From Octopus sinensis (Eukaryota), in the NCBI RefSeq assembly GCF_006345805.1, contig NW_021825771.1, positions 1 through 14,614 on the forward strand: a DNA stretch of 14,614 nucleotides, in the 5' to 3' direction. The translations under genes and the position numbers were made by a program. Under the pieces are notes generated by a model, which saw only the letters and a program-made list of their open reading frames with translations, did not search any database and had not been told where the DNA came from. Below, piece after piece: positions 10,080-14,614 of the stretch. Each line of letters begins with the position of its first letter. Position 1 is the first letter of the stretch.

Positions 10080-10100
10080 TATATATATGTAGTGTATATA
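9885..10100. repeat. (TATG)n/(TA)n/(CATA)n microsatellite
   Basis: Directly visible. Confidence 0.95.
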
Positions 10101-10119
10101 TACTAATCATTATCGTCAT

Positions 10120-10244
10120 CTGAGTGGACTGGAGCAACATGAAATAAAATGTCTTGCTCAAGCACACTGCGCGTCACCCAGAACTGGCCGTACTACCTTA
10201 CGATCCTGAGCCGAAAGCCCTAATTACTAAGCCACGCACCTTCA
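10120..10244 (-). mobile_element. Type C SINE fragment (head and middle only)
   Basis: CTGAGTGGACTGGAGCAACATGAAATAAAATGTCTTGCTCAAG...CCCTAATTACTAAGCCACGCACCTTCA aligns by eye with 1983-2114. Confidence 0.8.
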
Positions 10245-10518
10245 TATAAATATATATATATATATCTACCTACATACACATACATATATGTGTATATATA
10301 TTTGTTTCACAGGGTTTAAGTGTATATTAGAGCCATGATAATAAAGATATTATACACTTTTGTACAAAGCGTTTTTTGGGGGGTTTTTTCAACATAATTG
10401 AAGTAAGGACGCGTTTTGCATTGCTCATCAAGCTGCGAGTTGGAAAAGATATATTTTCTCTTTCTATATATATCCACCACGCGTGTTTCCCCACTAAAAC
10501 TCTCTCTACCTTATATAT

Positions 10519-10581
<63 letters not shown>

Positions 10582-10582
10582 G

Positions 10583-10755
10583 GAGAAAGAGAGAGGGAGA
10601 GAGAGAGAGAGAAAGAGATTAAAAAATCCAGGCAGATATCAATAAATCACTGTTTTAAATAAAATTTAGTTAACTTTATCCAACAATCAGATATCAATAA
10701 ATGCAAAGTGAATTCTAGAATTAAAGATTTGAATTTCTCTATACGTACTTTTGTT

Positions 10756-10787
<32 letters not shown>

Positions 10788-10811
10788 AGATAGGTAGATA
10801 GACAGGCAGAC

Positions 10812-10888
<77 letters not shown>

Positions 10889-10926
10889 TAGATAGATAAG
10901 CATGTGTTTATTTGCAACATATATAC
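10583..10926 (-). repeat. Right arm of inverted duplication, outer part, including (GA)n, (CA)n and (GATA)n
   Basis: 10617-10756 appears identical to the reverse complement of 7896-8035. Confidence 0.97.
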
Positions 10927-10930
10927 GTGT

Positions 10931-10980
<50 letters not shown>
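10931..10980. repeat. (TAG)n microsatellite
   Basis: Perfect trinucleotide run just beyond the palindrome end. Confidence 0.97.
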
Positions 10981-11256
10981 CCTGTAATAAAGAAAAGATA
11001 TAAGCGAAGCATATGAATACAGAATATATACATATATATACATAGCTGACGGGGCGGGAAAGGGATCCAAAGTCACCATCTCCATGAAAACTTAATATAA
11101 GCGCAAAAATATTCTAAATATTATATGAAAATTGGCAGCAATCAGTTTCTAAATGACGAATTCTGATTCTAAATCAAACAAAATCTTAATTACAGTAAAC
11201 GAAACAAACACGGGACGCACTGGGCGTGAACGTGGTCTTTAGACAGTAGTGATAAG

Positions 11257-11296
11257 CCCCAGTCCGGTTTACGTCTTATTGAAACTCATCAGCGAG
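11257..11296 (-). ncRNA. Degenerate minimal type-I hammerhead-ribozyme-like motif (Penelope-type), probably inactive
   Basis: Minus strand: CTCG-CTGATGA-GTTT caata AGAC-G(T)AAA-CCGGAC-TGGGG. The CUGAUGA box is intact, with a 4-bp stem II, palindromic CCGG and a wobble-rich stem I. There are two core defects: GTAAA for GAAA and GAC for GTC. Confidence 0.5.
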
Positions 11297-11871
11297 TCAT
11301 CAATTAACCAGAATTGCAAGAATGACTAATGAGAGGAATATAGGACTTTTATGAAGGAATACAGAGTGGCGTTATAATGCAAATAAGAATTGCTGTGTTT
11401 GATAATGGTGCTTCATAAAGAATCATATTGATTTATCTCGTCAAAGTTTATCAGATCCAGACCTGTGGCTAAGTACAGTACCTCGTGATACGATCAGGAA
11501 AATCAAATATCTTTTTGATATGATCAGAAAATCAATTAGCAATTATATTGAAGCAAAGGCATCGGAATTTTGTAGCAGAAGTGGATGTGTGATGAAATAT
11601 AGTTAAATACTTCTATAAGAGCAATTTTTTAATTTTCTTCTTTTTTTTTACTCTTTTTTTTTTTTTTGCTAGTTATCTTGTTTTTTCTCTTTCTCTGGTA
11701 GGTTTGAAACTTTTCATTACCGTGTAAGAACACTATAACAGTTCATAGAAAAAACACACACACGCACACAGATAGCACACACACAAATGCATACACACAC
11801 ACACACACGCATAATATAAAATATTTAGCTATACAATTATATATATATATATTAAGATATCCATAAAATAT

Positions 11872-11887
11872 TTGATGTTGTTGTTGC

Positions 11888-11953
<66 letters not shown>
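11872..11953. repeat. (TTG)n/(TTA)n microsatellite
   Basis: Directly visible; source of the poly-Leu ORF. Confidence 0.97.
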
Positions 11954-11957
11954 CAAT

Positions 11958-12159
11958 TAGTGAGCCAGCAGAATCGGTAGAACACCGGAAAAAATGCTTA
12001 GCAATATTCCGCCCGTTTTTAAGATCTGAATTCAGATTCCGCCGAGGTCGACTTTGTTTTTCATCTTTTCAAGATTGATGAAATAAGTACCAGTTACGCA
12101 CTGGTGTCGAGGTAATCGACTGGCTCCCTCCTGCCTTGTGCCTGTAGTAGAAAGGATTA

Positions 12160-12160
<1 letters not shown>
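11958..12160 (+). mobile_element. SINE, type E, ending in (ATT)n
   Basis: GTGAGCCAGCAGAATCGGTAG...ATTCAGATTCCGCCGAGGTCGACTTTG...GTAGAAAGGATTAT; its 5' end is homologous to 14556-14614. Confidence 0.82.

Positions 12161-12161
<1 letters not shown>

Positions 12162-12230
<69 letters not shown>
12162..12230. repeat. (TTA)n microsatellite
   Basis: Perfect run; source of the poly-Asn ORF. Confidence 0.97.
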
Positions 12231-12233
<3 letters not shown>

Positions 12234-13570
12234 TAGTCTTATTTTTACGGAAATGTACTTGCACATCAAGTGACCTGATCTGAGATCGAGCGCTGGAACG
12301 AAAACAATTACAGCGTGGCGTGTGTTTATAAGCCATTTAAGAAACACACAAAGACCGTTAGATTCACTTCAATATTTAAATTTAATATGCCAAAATATTT
12401 TAGTCGCTTTGAAATCGCGACCTGTTCACTGACAAAATTTTATCACATGCTTTCACTGCACTACGGAGAGCTGCACTGTGTGCCTTGGGAATGTTCTGTG
12501 GTTTGCTGTGATGCTCTTGTGGCTACTGTATCGAATGTGTTTTACGTAGAATGTGTGCGGTGCCTATTTGTGCTATTTTACTGTATGTTATATATACTTA
12601 TTACTCCTGGTGTGTTTGTTATATATTTGTCTGAATGGTTTTTTTATCCCACTTAATGCGCCCACTATGACAGGGGTTGTTTCTGTTTTTAGACTCCACA
12701 TTCGAGTTATCTCTATTTCCAGGTCTTTGTATTTTGAAAGTGTCTCCATTTCTTGTAGAGAAGCGTTGTCATCTGTTGGTATTGATACATCAATTAGAAA
12801 GCATTTTTTTCTTCATGATCTCTGACAATATCTGGCATATTGGCCTTAATTTCTCTATCTGTGTGTATTAGCATATCCCAAAGTATTGTTGCATTATTAT
12901 TTTCTGTGACCTTTTCTGGCGTGTGTCTATACCATCTTTTTTTTTCTGTTGTTATTCCATAGTGTTTGCATAGCTTCCAGTGTATGTAGGTCCGAATTCT
13001 GTCGTGTCAGTGAATATATTCCTTCTTAGGCAGGACTCGGCAGCCAGAGAAATATGATTTATTGTTTCTTGTCAATCTCCACATATTCTGCAGTTACTTG
13101 TTTTGTTTCTTTTCATTATATGTTTTTGGTAATTTCTGGAGGGGAGGCTTTGGTCTTGTGCTGCAGTTGAAAATCCTTCAGTCTCTACTTTGAGTCCTGA
13201 GCTTCACAGCCATAGCTAGGATTTTGCTTTGTCTATTTATTTTGCATTTAGTTTAACCTACTATTTGCCATGAAGGGGATTTGCTTGCTTTTGTTGTTTC
13301 TTTTTTTCTTCATAGTTGTTAGGTAGTATGACTTCTTGTTTGTATTTATTAGTTTCCTTGAAGACTGAAAACAGGTTTTTGTTTTGTTCGTGTTTTGTGG
13401 CTATTTGTATTAGTTTTCCTTGTTTCTGAAGAAGGTATTTTTGCAGTCCTATGGTGGTTATTTTGTAATAGTTTTCTAGCTGTATAAGGCCTCTACCACC
13501 TTCCATATGTTTCTATGTCAGATTTTGGATGGTGTATCCTAAATCCTGTCGTTATTTTTCTTGATCCAGT
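12231..13570 (-). mobile_element. 5'-truncated, decayed R4/Dong-like non-LTR retrotransposon (restriction-like endonuclease type)
   Basis: Minus strand, with stops and frameshifts, reads IHHPKSDIE..EGGRGLIQLE (post-RT) and LHGK. It continues with CRICGD*QETINHI..GC (CCHC knuckle), *HD, PEKVTENNNATILWD..IHTDREIKANMPDIV and CFLIDVSIP...KYKDLEIEITRMW...PVIVGAL (PD..D endonuclease). After GTAHILRK come a 3' UTR and (TAA)n. Confidence 0.88.
12248..12437 (-). mobile_element. ~190-bp insertion in the LINE 3' UTR, possibly a Penelope-like terminal-repeat fragment
   Basis: It separates ...GTGAAAGCATGTGATAAAA from TAAAAATAAGACTACTGAATAATAA (minus strand). TTTTA occurs at both 12243-12247 and 12438-12442, and a hammerhead-like fold lies at 12388-12434. 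Confidence 0.5.
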
Positions 13571-13574
13571 AACG

Positions 13575-14045
13575 TTTGCTTTCTTTTTTAGTTAATACTA
13601 TGACTGGTTTCCTATTCTTTATCTACTGTTCGCTCTGAATCATAAAATTCCATCTTTGCCTTATCATTTTCGATGATGCTTTCGAGTTTATGTTCGTACC
13701 ACTTTTTTGCTCTGTCAACTCCATACTTGTTGCCAAGTATCCAATAGACATCTCTTATATTCTTGTTGGATTAGTGGTGTACATTGTTTCGTAATATGCC
13801 ATACGGTTTCACCATTTTATCCACAAATTCTGCACTTATCACTTTCTGGTGTGTTATCTCTTCTGTATGGGATGTAATTCGTTCTTAATGCTTGCCATTG
13901 GGCAGCACAGATTAAACCCTCCTTTTCCGGTTTTAAATCACTGTTAGTCATCCACAGCCATCTTTTTTCTCTGTCTGTCTAATCTTCAACATTTCTATGA
14001 AATTGCCAATGCATTCTTTTCTTTATTCACCTGTTTTCAGCTTTT
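13575..14045 (-). mobile_element. Second, divergent R4/Dong-like LINE fragment (zinc knuckle to start of endonuclease)
   Basis: Minus strand: KRMHWQFHRN...WLWMTNSDLKPEKEGLICAAQWQALRTNY...DKCRICG*NGETVWHI..CTPL..QEYKR...KKWYEHKLESIIENDKAK...NRKPVIVL. Confidence 0.82.
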
Positions 14046-14157
14046 ATTTTATTTATTTATTTTTTGCTCGTCTCCTTCATTTCCCGAACTGAAATTACTA
14101 GTTCTACATGTCTGTACAAACGACTGTTTGTTTCAGTTCTTGCAACTATTCAACATT

Positions 14158-14205
14158 ACACACACACACACACACACACAACACACACACACACACACAC
14201 ACACT

Positions 14206-14272
<67 letters not shown>
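14158..14272. repeat. (CA)n microsatellite
   Basis: Directly visible. Confidence 0.97.
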
Positions 14273-14283
<11 letters not shown>

Positions 14284-14555
14284 ATATATATACTACATAC
14301 ATGTTTATTCTTAATATGTCCAGAAATACTTAGAGAGAAAACATGCTCGCGGGTGTAGCGATGGCCAAGGACAAACATCGTTTCCTTTTTATGACAACAT
14401 ATGTCCAGCAGCATATTTCTGTCACAGACACACGGCTTTCTGAGGTTCATATATTTTGACGTGTTCTTTCTCATCTGCCAAAACTAGTCAGAACTCTGAG
14501 ACTAACCAGAGCTACTGACGTTACACATTCAGTGAACAATATTTTTCTGATTGGT

Positions 14556-14614
14556 AAGGCGGTGAGCTGGCAGAAACGTTAGCACGCCGGGCCAATGCTT
14601 TGCAGTATTTCGTC
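14556..14614 (+). mobile_element. 5' end of a type E SINE, cut by the window edge
   Basis: AAGGCGGTGAGCTGGCAGAAACGTTAGCACGCCGGG...AATGCTT is homologous to 11958-12005. Confidence 0.8.

Noticed and set aside
3816-10167. Numerous YI/YT/CV-rich ORFs of up to 210 aa
   Set aside because: They are translations of (TA)n, (TG)n and (TATG)n microsatellites, which lack stop codons.
13261-13506. 81-aa ORF MEGGRGLIQ... as a gene
   Set aside because: It is a stop-free stretch of the decayed R4/Dong-like LINE ORF.
1-14614. CRISPR array, operon or prokaryotic defence system
   Set aside because: There is no repeat-spacer periodicity or dense coding; the sequence is eukaryotic repeat-rich DNA.

Overview
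AT-rich, repeat-dense eukaryotic non-coding DNA, most likely an octopus (coleoid cephalopod) intron or intergenic region; this is inferred from the SINE types and microsatellite load. No intact protein-coding gene can be supported, and almost all listed ORFs are microsatellite or SINE read-through. The window holds about nine tRNA-headed SINE copies of several modular types and decayed LINE fragments: two R4/Dong-like pieces with CCHC knuckle and restriction-like endonuclease, an RTE-like 3' end and a possible CR1/Jockey-group 3' end. It also has many microsatellites and two degenerate hammerhead-ribozyme-like motifs of the Penelope type. The most striking structure is a near-identical inverted duplication spanning about 7744-10926, whose left arm lacks about 840 bp present in the right arm. 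A two-family SINE dimer appears to share a single target-site duplication. I see no convincing new multi-gene system, and the palindrome could be an assembly artefact.
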